Below are positions 1 through 10,070 of a DNA stretch of 64,000 nt, in pieces. Each line of letters begins with the position of its first letter. The stretch's first letter is position 1. The notes beneath the pieces were generated by a model. The model saw nothing but the letters and a program-made list of their open reading frames with translations. It did not search any database and had not been told where the DNA came from. Source of the DNA: Rhodospirillaceae bacterium (lineage in GTDB: Bacteria > Pseudomonadota > Alphaproteobacteria > Rhodospirillales > UBA2165); NCBI GenBank assembly GCA_947467145.1, contig CANIGJ010000003.1, positions 143,065 through 207,064 of the forward strand, written 5' to 3'. The position numbers were made by a program, and so were the translations under genes.

Positions 1-556
1 TCGTACGGTTTTCGCGTGCCAGCCGCTGGTCGAGGGCTTCGCGCAACTTATGGAGGTAAAGCACGTCCGAGGCGGCATAATCGAGCTGTTCCTTGGTCAG
101 CTCGTCGCGGCCCCAATCGGAGCTTTGCTGCTGTTTGGACAGATCGACGCCGAGCATCTCGCCGCACAGATCCTTCAACCCATGCCGGTCGGTATAGGTG
201 CGGGTCAGGCGCGAGGCGATTTTCGTGCAATAGACCGGCTGGCAGACGATGCCCAGATATTGCGCGATGACGGCGATATCGAAGCGGCCGAAATGGAAAA
301 TCTTGGTGACCTTGGGATCGGCGAGCAGGGCTTTCAGGTTCGGGGCGGCATATTGGCCCGCCTTGAACTGCACGATATGGCCGACGCCGTCGCCCGACGA
401 TAATTGCATCAGGCACAGACGATCGCGCAGCGGATTGAGACCGAGGGTTTCGGTATCGATGGCGACGCTGTCGCCAAAACTCAGATCGGCTGGGATGTCG
501 CCCTGATAAAGTTTGACCTGAACGGGAATGGTCGTGCCCCTCGCGGCCGTTGCAAT
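1..556 (-). CDS. Ribonuclease D-like 3'-5' exonuclease (DEDD family), 3' end runs off the window
   Basis: The minus-strand frame is open to position 1, so it is absent from the ORF track. My translation: ..GTTIPVQVKLYQGDIPADLSFGDSVAIDTETLGLNPLRDRLCLMQLSSGDGVGHIVQF..KIFHFGRFDIAV..SDWGRDELTKEQLDYAASDVLYLHKL. It carries the DEDD exonuclease motifs (AIDTE, HFGRFD, YAASDV). There is no ATG, GTG or TTG in frame after the upstream TAA, so the start (529-556) is unresolved. Confidence 0.6.
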   Translation of the reverse strand, partial: MATAARGTTIPVQVKLYQGDIPADLSFGDSVAIDTETLGLNPLRDRLCLMQLSSGDGVGHIVQFKAGQYAAPNLKALLADPKVTKIFHFGRFDIAVIAQYLGIVCQPVYCTKIASRLTRTYTDRHGLKDLCGEMLGVDLSKQQQSSDWGRDELTKEQLDYAASDVLYLHKLREALDQRLARENRT

Positions 557-640
557 GCCGGACTCTTTGGATCGTGCCGACGCTTACCGATATGACACAC
601 TTGGCGCGCGCAGGGCAAAGCAAAAAGCGTAACGGCGAGG

Positions 641-1708
641 CTATCGGCCGAGGACGGGCTCGAACACAGGAATAAGAAGGTCGGCGAGGGTTTGGTTGTA
701 CAGCGGGCCGGGATGTCCGGGGTCGGCGAAATAACCGCAGGCCCCGGCATTGATCCGGTGCTGTTCGTAATCGGCGTCGAAGGTCTCGATGCCGAGAGTG
801 CCGAGGATCGCGTTGATCGTGCCGCGATAGGGTTCGACCCCGCGCGTGAGACTGACATAGTCGTAATTCTTGAACACGATCAGGCGCGCAGCTTTAGTCG
901 CGGCCACCGCCTTGAGCTTGGCGAAATCGTCCGTCAGCTTTTTTTGCGCGACCGGATCGCCATAGATGCGGCGCTGCGTCTCAAAGGACCGCGTGAAGGC
1001 CGACGATTGCTGCACCTGCTGCTCGATGTCCGCCGGGCATTTGATGCCGCCATCCTCGCGATAAGTTTCCTCCACCACACCCGACGTGATCGCGTTGCCT
1101 TCGCCTGATCGGATGGCGTTCAAGACATTGGCGGTGAAATAAAGCGACTTCGCGTAGCGGAAGAGAAACACCTTGATCTTTTCCCAACGGCCCTCGGCAT
1201 AGTCGTTGAATAGAACGGTGGCGCCGTCGCCGTCGACCAACAGACCCAGCCGCCCGGCGCTGGCGGGATAGGGATCGTTGGCGGAGATGTCGACCAGGAT
1301 GATGTCGTAGGTCCGCTCAGGTAGCTGGCCGATGACCTGGATATAATCGCGCAGGCCATAGCCGGGTACGCCGTAATTCTCGACATCGAACCGCGTCTGC
1401 TTCGCCTGGATCAGATTGGCGAGAACGTCGCGGTCGGCGAGCCCGCTGCCGAAGGCGACCGAATCCCCGACGATGGCGATTTTGCCGCTACGCGCGGCAC
1501 CGTGCGGCACGACGCGCCGGCGATCCTCGATCTGGATGCCGCCGGAATCATGATGCGGCACCAGGCGATGCCGGGGCGCGCTAGAATAGGACGATTCGAT
1601 ATAGAGGAAATCTTGCGGCAGCACAAAAAAGCGAAAGAGCACCTCGATCGCGACCGCGCAGACCGCCACGATGAGCAGGGTGGCGCCGATTGATTTGACG
1701 CGGTTCAT
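641..1708 (-). CDS. SGNH/GDSL-type hydrolase with N-terminal membrane anchor
   Basis: Taken from ORF 641..1822 and trimmed to the ATG at 1708 (MNRVKSIGATLLIVAVCAVAI..), because the longer form overlaps the tRNA. It has a hydrophobic N-terminus and a block-I-like IAIVGDSVAFGSG motif. Confidence 0.55.
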   Translation of the reverse strand: MNRVKSIGATLLIVAVCAVAIEVLFRFFVLPQDFLYIESSYSSAPRHRLVPHHDSGGIQIEDRRRVVPHGAARSGKIAIVGDSVAFGSGLADRDVLANLIQAKQTRFDVENYGVPGYGLRDYIQVIGQLPERTYDIILVDISANDPYPASAGRLGLLVDGDGATVLFNDYAEGRWEKIKVFLFRYAKSLYFTANVLNAIRSGEGNAITSGVVEETYREDGGIKCPADIEQQVQQSSAFTRSFETQRRIYGDPVAQKKLTDDFAKLKAVAATKAARLIVFKNYDYVSLTRGVEPYRGTINAILGTLGIETFDADYEQHRINAGACGYFADPGHPGPLYNQTLADLLIPVFEPVLGR

Positions 1709-1772
1709 GACGCGCACCGGACCCGCGCCATGCCGAGCTGGGCGTTTGGTCCGAACGACGATTTCAATGAAT

Positions 1773-1859
<87 letters not shown>

Positions 1860-2011
1860 GTTCCAAATCCGGGCCGAAGCCCGTGGAGGGAAGGGTCGTA
1901 CTCGGGCAGGCTCGGCGGGTCAAGTCCCAGCGAACGAATGGGCGGGGATTGCCCGCGGCCCGCCGAGGCCGTACATCCTGGGACCAAGCAAATTCAACCG
2001 GGAGGGTCGCT

Positions 2012-2560
2012 ATGCCCCGCATCACCATGTTGGCCGATAAATCGCAGCTGCCGGCCGAACAACACGCCGAATTCGATCACATCACCGAGGTTCTGCACGG
2101 TGTGCGCGGGCCGTTCCAGATTCTGCTGCACAGCCCCGGCCTGGCCGAAAAGGTCATGGAGGCCGGCGCCCAGGTCCGTCTCGGTTCCAAGCTGACGATG
2201 GTCGAGCGCACGCTCGTCATCCTGGCGGTCGCGCGCGAAAAGGATGCGCGCTACGAATGGGCCGCCCATGTGAAGAACGGCCGCAATGCCGGCATGCGCG
2301 AAGAAGCCATCGATGCGATCAAGCACCGCAAGGACGTGAACGGGCTCACGCCCGACGAACGCGACATCATCACCTTCGTGCGTCAGTACCTGCGCAGCAA
2401 CAAGGTCGAGGACGCTCTGTTCAACGATCTGGTCAAGCGCCGGGGCGAACGCTTCGTGGTCGAGATCGCGGCGACGCTTGGACAATATCAATATATTGCG
2501 ACCATGAACGGCATCTTCGGCGTCGAGCCGGCGGCCGATGCGGATCAACTGCCCGTTTAA
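2012..2560 (+). CDS. Carboxymuconolactone decarboxylase (AhpD-like) family protein
   Basis: ORF 1730..2560 trimmed to the ATG at 2012, which is preceded by GGAGGG at 2001-2006; the upstream part overlaps the tRNA. The sequence MPRITMLADKSQLPAEQHAEFDHITEV...ERTLVILAVAREKDARYEWAAHV resembles the CMD-family core. Confidence 0.7.
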   Translation: MPRITMLADKSQLPAEQHAEFDHITEVLHGVRGPFQILLHSPGLAEKVMEAGAQVRLGSKLTMVERTLVILAVAREKDARYEWAAHVKNGRNAGMREEAIDAIKHRKDVNGLTPDERDIITFVRQYLRSNKVEDALFNDLVKRRGERFVVEIAATLGQYQYIATMNGIFGVEPAADADQLPV

Positions 2561-2597
2561 CTGGCGGTCTGATATACTTGCGATCTGACGTTAAGGG

Positions 2598-3554
2598 GTG
2601 AGTGACATGACGGGTATGACCGGCAAGTTGGTGACGGTGTTCGGCGGCTCCGGCTTCATCGGACGCCATCTGGTGCGTCGTTTGGCCGAACAGGGCCACA
2701 CGATCCGCGTCGCCGTGCGCAGTCCGGACGAGGCGCTGTACCTCAAGGTCATGGGACGTGTCGGTTACATCGTTCCCATCGCGGCGAATGTCACGGATGA
2801 AGCCTCGGTGGCGCGCGCCGTCGCGGGATCGGATTGGGTCGTCAATCTCGTCGGTATCCTGGCCGAAGGCGGCGGTAACCGCTCGTTCGAACGCGTGCAT
2901 GTGTTGGGTGCGGCCAACGTCGCCAAGGCTGCCGCGGCGGCCGGCGTGTCGCGCCTGGTTCATGTTTCCGCCCTCGGCGCCTCCGAAACCTCGCCCGCCA
3001 AATACGGCAAAAGCAAAGCCAAGGGCGAGGCCGCCGTGCAGGCAGCCTTCCCCGGTGCGGTCATTCTGCGTCCGTCGGTCGTCTTCGGGCCCGAGGACGG
3101 CCTGTTCAATATGTTCGCTTGCATGGCAAAATTTTCGCCGGTGCTGCCGGTCATCGATACCAGCTTCCAGCCGGTCTATGTCGGCGATGTCGCCGATGCG
3201 ATCGTGGCCGGGCTGACGCATGACGATGCACTCGGCGGCACGTTCGAGCTCGGCGGGCCGGAAGTTGCCAGCGGGCGGCGCATGATGGAACTTGTGCTGA
3301 AGTACACCGCGCGCAAGCGCACCTTGGTGACGGTGCCGTTCTGGATCCTGGCGCTCGAGGGACTGATCCTGCAGTTCGCGCCGGGTAAGCTGCTGACCGC
3401 CGATCAGGTCTTGATGCTGCATGCGCCGAACGTGGTGAGCGCGGGTGCGAAGACGTTGGCCGATCTCGGCGTCCAGCCGACGCCGATGGATGTGATCCTG
3501 CCGACCTATCTCAATCGGTTCCGCTTGCCGGTGCGCCCAGGCTTGGCGCGATAA
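2598..3554 (+). CDS. NAD(P)-binding SDR, complex I NDUFA9 (39 kDa subunit)-like protein
   Basis: N-terminal Rossmann motif VFGGSGFIGRHLV and a YGKSK (YxxxK) catalytic motif. The length (318 aa) and overall pattern are typical of alphaproteobacterial NDUFA9-like proteins. Confidence 0.75.
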   Translation: MSDMTGMTGKLVTVFGGSGFIGRHLVRRLAEQGHTIRVAVRSPDEALYLKVMGRVGYIVPIAANVTDEASVARAVAGSDWVVNLVGILAEGGGNRSFERVHVLGAANVAKAAAAAGVSRLVHVSALGASETSPAKYGKSKAKGEAAVQAAFPGAVILRPSVVFGPEDGLFNMFACMAKFSPVLPVIDTSFQPVYVGDVADAIVAGLTHDDALGGTFELGGPEVASGRRMMELVLKYTARKRTLVTVPFWILALEGLILQFAPGKLLTADQVLMLHAPNVVSAGAKTLADLGVQPTPMDVILPTYLNRFRLPVRPGLAR

Positions 3555-3574
3555 GGGCCTCGCTCGATAAGGCT

Positions 3575-5296
3575 TTAGCCGGTTTCATCCTCGAACGTAT
3601 CGGGCCGATGATGTTGGCCACGCGCGGCGGCTAACGCATCCTCGATCGTCGGTTTGAATTGCACGCGCGGCGGCCGCACGTCATGGGCCTTCAGCACCCG
3701 TCGTAATGCAGGCGCTGCCCCCGTGATCATCAGTCTGATGCCGGCCTGTTCGGCCTTGCGCGCGAAGCCGTCGATGGTGACGGCGCCGGTCGAATCCAGA
3801 AACGGGACCGACGACAGATCGAGCACCAGCGTTTTGCCGGCATCGGCGACACGGTCGAGCACCGCGATCACCTTCGACGCGGCGCCGAAAAAGAACGCGC
3901 CGGAAATGCGGTAGACGAGAATATCGGGATCGCTCGCCAATGATGCGTCGTAGCGTTCGCGCGCCTCTGCACCGTCCGGTAAGTCGGGGGGAAACAACGG
4001 TGCGTGCGTTTGAATCTCGATCGCCTGCGCCATGCGACTGAGGAACAGCAGCACGCCGATGGCGAAGCCGATCAGGATACCGGCCGTCAGATCGTAGAAG
4101 ACGGTCAATAGGAAGCTTGCCAACAGAACCACGGCGTCGCCGCGCGACGCGCGCAGCAGCACGGCGAATTCGTGTTTCTCCGCCATGTTCCAGGCGACAG
4201 TGACGAGCACGGCCGCCAAGGCTGCCAACGGGATGTAACCGGCGAGCGATGCCGCGAAGACCATGAAGGCAAGCAGGAACGCCGCATGCAGCATGCCCGC
4301 GATCGGGCCGATGGCGCCGGCGCGCACATTGGTTGCGGTGCGCGCGATGGTGCCGGTGGCGCACAGGCCGCCGAACAAAGCTGCCCCCATATTGGCGATG
4401 CCTTGCGCGACCAGTTCGCAGTTCGAGCGATGCCTGCGCCCGGTCATCCCGTCGGCGACGACGGCGGACAGCAAGGATTCGATGGCGCCCAGAAGCGCGA
4501 TGGCAAACGCATCGGGCAAAACGGCGGCGATGCGGGCCAGGCTGAGATCGGGCAGGTGTGGCGTCGGCAACGTATTGGGAATGCCGCCGAATCGGCTGGC
4601 GATGGTTTCCACCGGCAGAGCGAACGCCCAGGTCGCGGCGGCGGACAGGGCGACCGCGATCAGCATGCCGGGCACGCGCGGGCCGATCTTGCGGCACAAT
4701 ACGATGAGCGTCATCACGGCAAGTGCGACGACGATGGCGATCGGATTGGCGCTGGAGATCGCCGCGCCAAGCGCTTGCAGTTTGGCGACAAGCGGTCCGG
4801 GTTCCGGTCCATCGAGCGTGAGGCCGAAAAAATCCCTGAGCTGACTCGCCGCGATGATGACCGCGATGCCGGCGGTGAAGCCGACGGTGACGGGGAAGGG
4901 GATGAACTTGATATAGGTGCCGATGCGCAACGCGCCGCCGATCGTCAGCATGATACCGGCGAGAAACGTCGCCAGTAGGAAACCGTCGAAGCCCTGGCGT
5001 TGAATGATGGCGGCGACCAGCACGATAAAGGCGCCGGCCGGGCCGCCGATCTGGAAGCGGCTGCCGCCAAAGGCCGAAATCAGAAAGCCGCCGACGATGG
5101 CGGTATAAAGGCCGCGCTCCGGCGAGGCGCCGGACGCAATTGCGATGGCGAGCGACAGCGGCAATGCGACAATGGCGACGGTCAGTCCCGCGACCGCATC
5201 GGCGCGCAGTTCCTTGAGGCCGTAGCCTTCACGCCAGACAGTGATGAGCTTGGGCGTGAACAGATCGGCGGAGTTGGGTTCGGGCGCGTTCGGCAT
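3575..5296 (-). CDS. SulP family inorganic anion transporter with C-terminal STAS domain
   Basis: 573 aa with many TM segments. The N-terminal motif LRADAVAGLTVAIVALPLSLAIAIASG is SulP-typical. The C-terminal about 120 aa (ILVYRISGAFFFGAA...LDLSSVPFLDSTG) is STAS-like. Confidence 0.85.
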   Translation of the reverse strand: MPNAPEPNSADLFTPKLITVWREGYGLKELRADAVAGLTVAIVALPLSLAIAIASGASPERGLYTAIVGGFLISAFGGSRFQIGGPAGAFIVLVAAIIQRQGFDGFLLATFLAGIMLTIGGALRIGTYIKFIPFPVTVGFTAGIAVIIAASQLRDFFGLTLDGPEPGPLVAKLQALGAAISSANPIAIVVALAVMTLIVLCRKIGPRVPGMLIAVALSAAATWAFALPVETIASRFGGIPNTLPTPHLPDLSLARIAAVLPDAFAIALLGAIESLLSAVVADGMTGRRHRSNCELVAQGIANMGAALFGGLCATGTIARTATNVRAGAIGPIAGMLHAAFLLAFMVFAASLAGYIPLAALAAVLVTVAWNMAEKHEFAVLLRASRGDAVVLLASFLLTVFYDLTAGILIGFAIGVLLFLSRMAQAIEIQTHAPLFPPDLPDGAEARERYDASLASDPDILVYRISGAFFFGAASKVIAVLDRVADAGKTLVLDLSSVPFLDSTGAVTIDGFARKAEQAGIRLMITGAAPALRRVLKAHDVRPPRVQFKPTIEDALAAARGQHHRPDTFEDETG

Positions 5297-5365
5297 CGCA
5301 ATACTTCCGCAGGGGCACTAGCGTTATCCGCCCCCGGCACGTGCGAAGCAACTCGGTAAGACCCC

Positions 5366-5752
5366 TTAGGACGCAGACCCGTTATGTTCGGGAAGCATCG
5401 TCATGTTGGCGAGGATCAGCCCGGCGTAATCGGCGAGGAACACGGAGCCTTTGAGCGTGCGTTGCACGAGCACGCTGCGCCGGTCGTCCTCGTCCACCTT
5501 GCGGCGCACGAAATCGAGCTGACCGAGCCGGTCGAGCGCGCGCGTCACGGCTGGTTTGGAAATATTCAGATCGCCGGACAGCCCGCGCACCGTATGCGGC
5601 GCCGGTTGGGTATAGACGATCAGCAGGATCGCCATTTGCCGGGTCGACAGATCGGGCTGATCGCGCCGCACCCCTTCGACGATGGTGCGCCGCCATAGCT
5701 CCAGGGCCTGGGCGGGCTTCACGGCGGGTGTGGAGGGAATGACGGGATCCAT
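5366..5752 (-). CDS. MarR family transcriptional regulator
   Basis: 128 aa with a winged-HTH pattern: LSTRQMAILLIV...VRGLSGDLNISKPAVTRALDRLGQLDFVRRKVDEDDRRSVLV. Confidence 0.75.
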   Translation of the reverse strand: MDPVIPSTPAVKPAQALELWRRTIVEGVRRDQPDLSTRQMAILLIVYTQPAPHTVRGLSGDLNISKPAVTRALDRLGQLDFVRRKVDEDDRRSVLVQRTLKGSVFLADYAGLILANMTMLPEHNGSAS

Positions 5753-5836
5753 GCGGCTCTTTAATTCATTACGCTATCGAACCGTTTTAGGCGCGATTCG
5801 CGTAAAAACCAATGGGCTGTCTGAGCCGAAGCGGAC

Positions 5837-6556
5837 TTATTTTTTGCCGCTGCTTTTGGCTTTTTCTTGCGTCTTGTCGGGGGCGGCCCCTTTGCCTTGG
5901 GAGAACTGCTTCACCAGGTCGGCGCCGGCCTTGTCCATCTTGGACGCGGTATCGAAATCGCGTTTGGCGAGATCGGTTTTGCCCAGCTCATTGTAGATAT
6001 GGCCGCGGAAGGCATAGAGGAACGAATCCTTGCTGACCGTGCCGATGGCGACATTCAGATCGTTCAGCGCCTCAGGCAATTTGTCGATGGCATAAAGATT
6101 GAGGGCGCGCTGGCGGCGATATGCGCCGATATGCGGCGCCAGCTCGATCGCATAGTCGATGTCCTTCAGTGCCGAGCCCGCGAGATCGAGATCGAGTAGG
6201 GATTGCGAGCGAAGATTCAGAACGAGGGCGCGTGCCGCGCGGTTCAGCGGATCGTCGTCCTTCCTTTCCATGAGCTCGAAGGCTTTGGTGAAATCCTCGA
6301 CCGCCAAGGCGCTTTTCTTCAGCATGAAAAACGAATTGCCGCGCATGAAGAACAGATCGGCACGCTGCGCCTTGCTGCGCGTCGGCTTTTCCGTGTCTTC
6401 CTCGATGGCGAGGGCGAAATACATCGCCGCGCCTTCGTAGTCTTCCTTGGAAAACGCGACGCGGCCGCTTTGTTCGGGACTTTCGGTCTGGGCAATGGAC
6501 GGCGTGCCCGCTAGGGCGAGCAGGATCACGAGGAGAGTCGCTAAGAATTTTGTCAT
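5837..6556 (-). CDS. Secreted TPR-repeat protein
   Basis: ORF 5837..6811 trimmed to the ATG at 6556 (MTKFLATLLVILLALAGTPSIAQ, a signal peptide). It has repeated A..YF.LA/..A..D...AIEL TPR-like units and a Lys-rich tail. The ATG overlaps the stop of the upstream peptidase gene (ATGA). Confidence 0.65.
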   Translation of the reverse strand: MTKFLATLLVILLALAGTPSIAQTESPEQSGRVAFSKEDYEGAAMYFALAIEEDTEKPTRSKAQRADLFFMRGNSFFMLKKSALAVEDFTKAFELMERKDDDPLNRAARALVLNLRSQSLLDLDLAGSALKDIDYAIELAPHIGAYRRQRALNLYAIDKLPEALNDLNVAIGTVSKDSFLYAFRGHIYNELGKTDLAKRDFDTASKMDKAGADLVKQFSQGKGAAPDKTQEKAKSSGKK

Positions 6557-7923
6557 GCGAAGCGCGCTTTGATCGTCTCGAAACAGGCGCGCACGGTTTG
6601 CGCTTCGCCACCTTCGGGACGGCCCGGCCGGTTCGACTGGTTCCACGCGATCATGTCGACATGTGCCCACGGGATGTTGGGGCCGACGAATTCCTGCAGG
6701 AACAAGGCGGCGGTGATGGCGCCGGCGAAACCGCCTTCCGGTGCATTGGTGATGTCGGCGGTTTTGGCGTCGATCATCTTGCGATAGCCGGGCCACAGCG
6801 GCAGGCGCCACATCGGATCTTGCACGCGCAGGCCGTCCTTCAACAATTGATCGGCCAATACATCGTCGTTGCAGAAGAGTGCCGGAAGGTCTGCCCCCAA
6901 TGCGACGCGCGCCGCACCGGTGAGGGTCGCGAAATCGATCAGCAGATCGGGCTTCTCGCTGGAGGCTTCCGCCAATGCATCGGCCAGGATGACGCGGCCT
7001 TCCGCATCGGTGTTGCCGATCTCGATGGTCTTGCCGGAGCGCGCGCGGATGACATCAAGCGGCCGCACCGCATTGCCTGCGATGGCATTCTCGACCGCCG
7101 GGATCAGCACGCGTAGCCGCACCTTCAACCCTGCCGCCATGATGGCGTTAGCGAGTGCAAGGATATTCGCGCCGCCGCCCATGTCCTTCTTCATGTTCTT
7201 CATGCCCGACGCGGGTTTGATGTCGAGCCCGCCGGTATCGAAGCACACGCCCTTGCCGCAAAGCGTCAGCTTCGGCGCATCGGCATCGCCCCATACGATA
7301 TCGATCAGGCGCGGCGCTTCGGTGCTGGCGCGCCCGATGGCATGTATGGCGGGATAATTGTTCTTCAGCAGATCGTCGCCGACGATAGTGGAAAAGCCTG
7401 CGTTGTGACGACGCGCCAGATCGCCGGCCGCTTCGGCCAGTTCGGCCGGGCCCATATCCTCGGTCGGCGTGTTGATCAGGTCGCGCGCTAGCAGGATGCC
7501 ATCGAGCATCGCCTGCACGTCGTCCTTGGTGCTGGCCTTGGGCCACACCAGGCTAGCTTGCGGCGCGGCGGCTTCCTTGTAGCGGTCGAAGGCGTAGGCG
7601 CCGAGGCCCCAGGCAAGCGCCGCCCGGTTGGCGTCTTCGGCGCTCAACGCCGTCGTCAGTTCGTAGGTGCCCTTCGGCAGATCGCGCGAACCGTTGCCGA
7701 AGCTCCACATGCCGTCGGTCGCCGAGGTGCCGATCGCGGCGCCGGCGAGTTTGCCGTCCATGCCCGGGATCAGGCAGACCTTGCCCGAGCCGGCTTCGAA
7801 CCCGGTGGACTCGACCCAGGCTTTCGCCGGCCCGGGCAAACCGGATTTCCAATCGGCGAGCTTGTCCTTGCTCACCGCGTGCAGCGGAATGGCGCCCGTC
7901 GCGTTGTCGGTTAGAACTTTCAT
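6553..7923 (-). CDS. M17 family leucyl aminopeptidase (PepB-like)
   Basis: 456 aa with the M17 signature blocks GKGVCFDTGGLDIKP, MKKDMGGGA, NTDAEGRVILADAL and ATLTGAA. Confidence 0.85.
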   Translation of the reverse strand: MKVLTDNATGAIPLHAVSKDKLADWKSGLPGPAKAWVESTGFEAGSGKVCLIPGMDGKLAGAAIGTSATDGMWSFGNGSRDLPKGTYELTTALSAEDANRAALAWGLGAYAFDRYKEAAAPQASLVWPKASTKDDVQAMLDGILLARDLINTPTEDMGPAELAEAAGDLARRHNAGFSTIVGDDLLKNNYPAIHAIGRASTEAPRLIDIVWGDADAPKLTLCGKGVCFDTGGLDIKPASGMKNMKKDMGGGANILALANAIMAAGLKVRLRVLIPAVENAIAGNAVRPLDVIRARSGKTIEIGNTDAEGRVILADALAEASSEKPDLLIDFATLTGAARVALGADLPALFCNDDVLADQLLKDGLRVQDPMWRLPLWPGYRKMIDAKTADITNAPEGGFAGAITAALFLQEFVGPNIPWAHVDMIAWNQSNRPGRPEGGEAQTVRACFETIKARFA

Positions 7924-7933
7924 GGTCTATCTC

Positions 7934-8650
7934 CTAACGACCAGCGCGGCGGCTGAAATATTCCCAGATGCGCGGAAAGACGAAGGACGTCACCTCGGGG
8001 TCGATCTGGCCGTCGATCTCGCCCTTGCTCAAATATGTGACCTCGCCGCCGATGGTCAGCGCGTCCAATTGCTGGCGCGCCGCGATCTGCAGATAGATCG
8101 AACTGATCACGGCGTCCTCGATCGTGGTTCCCGCCGCGGTGGCGCCATGGCCGCGCATCATGACCATGCGGTTGTTTGCCAGTTTCTTCGCGAGATCGCC
8201 GCCCTGGTCCATGTTGGTTACCAGCAGGTTGGTGTTGGGGCCGAACTTGTCGCGGATGTCCCATAGCGGGATGTCATGCCCGATCACGGCGGTCGTGTGC
8301 ATCAGCGGGCGGATCGGCGTCTTGGTCGTGCTGAAGGTGACGACCGGATAAGCATGGTGATGCACGACGCTCGTCACATCTGGGCGCGCCTTATAGATCG
8401 CGCCATGGATGAAGCGCTCGGCGTAGGGCTTCATGCCGCCTCTATCGTCGATGCAGGCGCCGTCCAGGGTGTATTCCAGGATATCGGCGCTTTCGACCAG
8501 TTCCGGGCTGCGCGAACGCGACAGTAGGTAGCGTTCCGGGTCGCTCGGATGGCGCATGCTGACATGGCCGAAGCCGTCCACAACTTCTTCTTTCGCCAGG
8601 ATACGGTTGGCGGTGACGATCTTTTCGATGGTATCGGTCAGAATGGACAT
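7934..8650 (-). CDS. Class II aldolase/adducin family protein
   Basis: 238 aa. GFGHVSMRH near the N-terminus, the later VVHHHAYPVV motif and MRGHGATAAG match the class II aldolase/adducin fold pattern. It lies 10 nt upstream of the peptidase gene. Confidence 0.8.
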   Translation of the reverse strand: MSILTDTIEKIVTANRILAKEEVVDGFGHVSMRHPSDPERYLLSRSRSPELVESADILEYTLDGACIDDRGGMKPYAERFIHGAIYKARPDVTSVVHHHAYPVVTFSTTKTPIRPLMHTTAVIGHDIPLWDIRDKFGPNTNLLVTNMDQGGDLAKKLANNRMVMMRGHGATAAGTTIEDAVISSIYLQIAARQQLDALTIGGEVTYLSKGEIDGQIDPEVTSFVFPRIWEYFSRRAGR

Positions 8651-8768
8651 GCGCTCGGGAATCCCATTTTTGCGTTACGGAGCATGAAGCTTGTCCGCGA
8701 GTTCGACAAGCCGCCCTCAGGACTTCTACGGGGGTTGAAAGTCTGCGCACAGGTGCAAAAATAGGGAC

Positions 8769-10070
8769 ATGAGCACAAGCCCTTACGTCATCGACGAGCC
8801 CGAGCGCCTCACCTTCCGGGTCAACCGCCGCACCCTAGTGGACGAACAGGTGCTGGCCGAGGAACGCCGGCGCATTTTTGACACCTGTTGGATCTATGTC
8901 GGCCACGATTCGGAACTGCGGGCCCCCGGCGATTTCCGCACCCGTACGGTGTGCGGCCGGCCCTTGATCTTTTCCAAGGGCTCGAACGGCGAGGTTCGCG
9001 TTTTCCTGAATTCCTGCCGCCATCGCGCCGCCACGGTCTGCCGCGAGAGCGAGGGCAACGCCAAGCGCCACGTCTGCTTCTATCACGGCTGGGTCTACGA
9101 CGCGGACGGCAACCTTGCGATCGTTCCGGGCAAGGAAAGTTATCCGCCGAATTTCGATCAATCGAAATTCGGCCTGCAGCAAGTGCCGCGCGCCGAACAG
9201 TATCGCGATTTCTGGTTCGTCAATTTCGATCCGAACGCCATGCCGCTTACCGATTACCTCGCGGGTGCGAAGGAATATATCGATCTCGTCGTTGACCAGT
9301 CGCCGTCCGGCAAGATGGAACTGATCCAGGGCACGCAAGAATACGACATCGCGGCTAACTGGAAGTTGCTGGTCGAAAATTCCTTCGACGATTACCACCT
9401 GCTCAGCACGCATGCGACCTGGCTCAAATATCTCAAGGATTCCGGCGTCGAGATGCAGGCGCCGGCGGCCGGGCATCTGCTGCCCGCGCACGGCATCGGC
9501 AAGGAACTCGGCAATGGTCACGCCGTGATCGACAATATCAATTTCCGCGGCCGTCCCGTCGCGCGCTGGATTCCGCTGTATGGCGAAGCGGCCAAGCCGG
9601 AGATCGCCGCCATCCGCGCCGAGCTTGTTGCCCGCCTGGGCGAGGATCGCGCGGCGCGTGTCGCCGACACCAACCGCAATCTCGTCGTCTTCCCGAACCT
9701 CGTGATCAATGACGGCTCGGCCGTCACTATACGCACTTTTCATCCGATCGCCGCCGACAAGATGCGCGTCACCGCCTGGGCGCTCGGCCCGCAGGAGGAA
9801 AGCGCATCGGCGCGTGCACGCCGCCTCGACAGTTTCCTCACCTTCTACGGCCCCGGCGGATTTGCGACGCCGGACGATGTCGAAGCGTTGGAATGCGTGC
9901 AGTCGGGTCTGCGCACATGGCAGGAAATCCAGTGGTCGGAACTGTCGCGCGGCATCGACAAGACGGGCGAGCAGCTCAACACCGACGAACTGCATCTGCG
10001 CGCTTTCTGGCGCCAGTGGGACAAGCATATGATGGGGGGGCTCGACAGCCTACCGAAGGCCGCCGAATGA
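8769..10070 (+). CDS. Aromatic ring-hydroxylating dioxygenase, alpha subunit (Rieske 2Fe-2S)
   Basis: Rieske motif CRHRAATVC...CFYHGWVY. The C-terminal catalytic domain has NSFDDYHLLSTH (mononuclear Fe ligand region). 433 aa. Confidence 0.85.
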   Translation: MSTSPYVIDEPERLTFRVNRRTLVDEQVLAEERRRIFDTCWIYVGHDSELRAPGDFRTRTVCGRPLIFSKGSNGEVRVFLNSCRHRAATVCRESEGNAKRHVCFYHGWVYDADGNLAIVPGKESYPPNFDQSKFGLQQVPRAEQYRDFWFVNFDPNAMPLTDYLAGAKEYIDLVVDQSPSGKMELIQGTQEYDIAANWKLLVENSFDDYHLLSTHATWLKYLKDSGVEMQAPAAGHLLPAHGIGKELGNGHAVIDNINFRGRPVARWIPLYGEAAKPEIAAIRAELVARLGEDRAARVADTNRNLVVFPNLVINDGSAVTIRTFHPIAADKMRVTAWALGPQEESASARARRLDSFLTFYGPGGFATPDDVEALECVQSGLRTWQEIQWSELSRGIDKTGEQLNTDELHLRAFWRQWDKHMMGGLDSLPKAAE

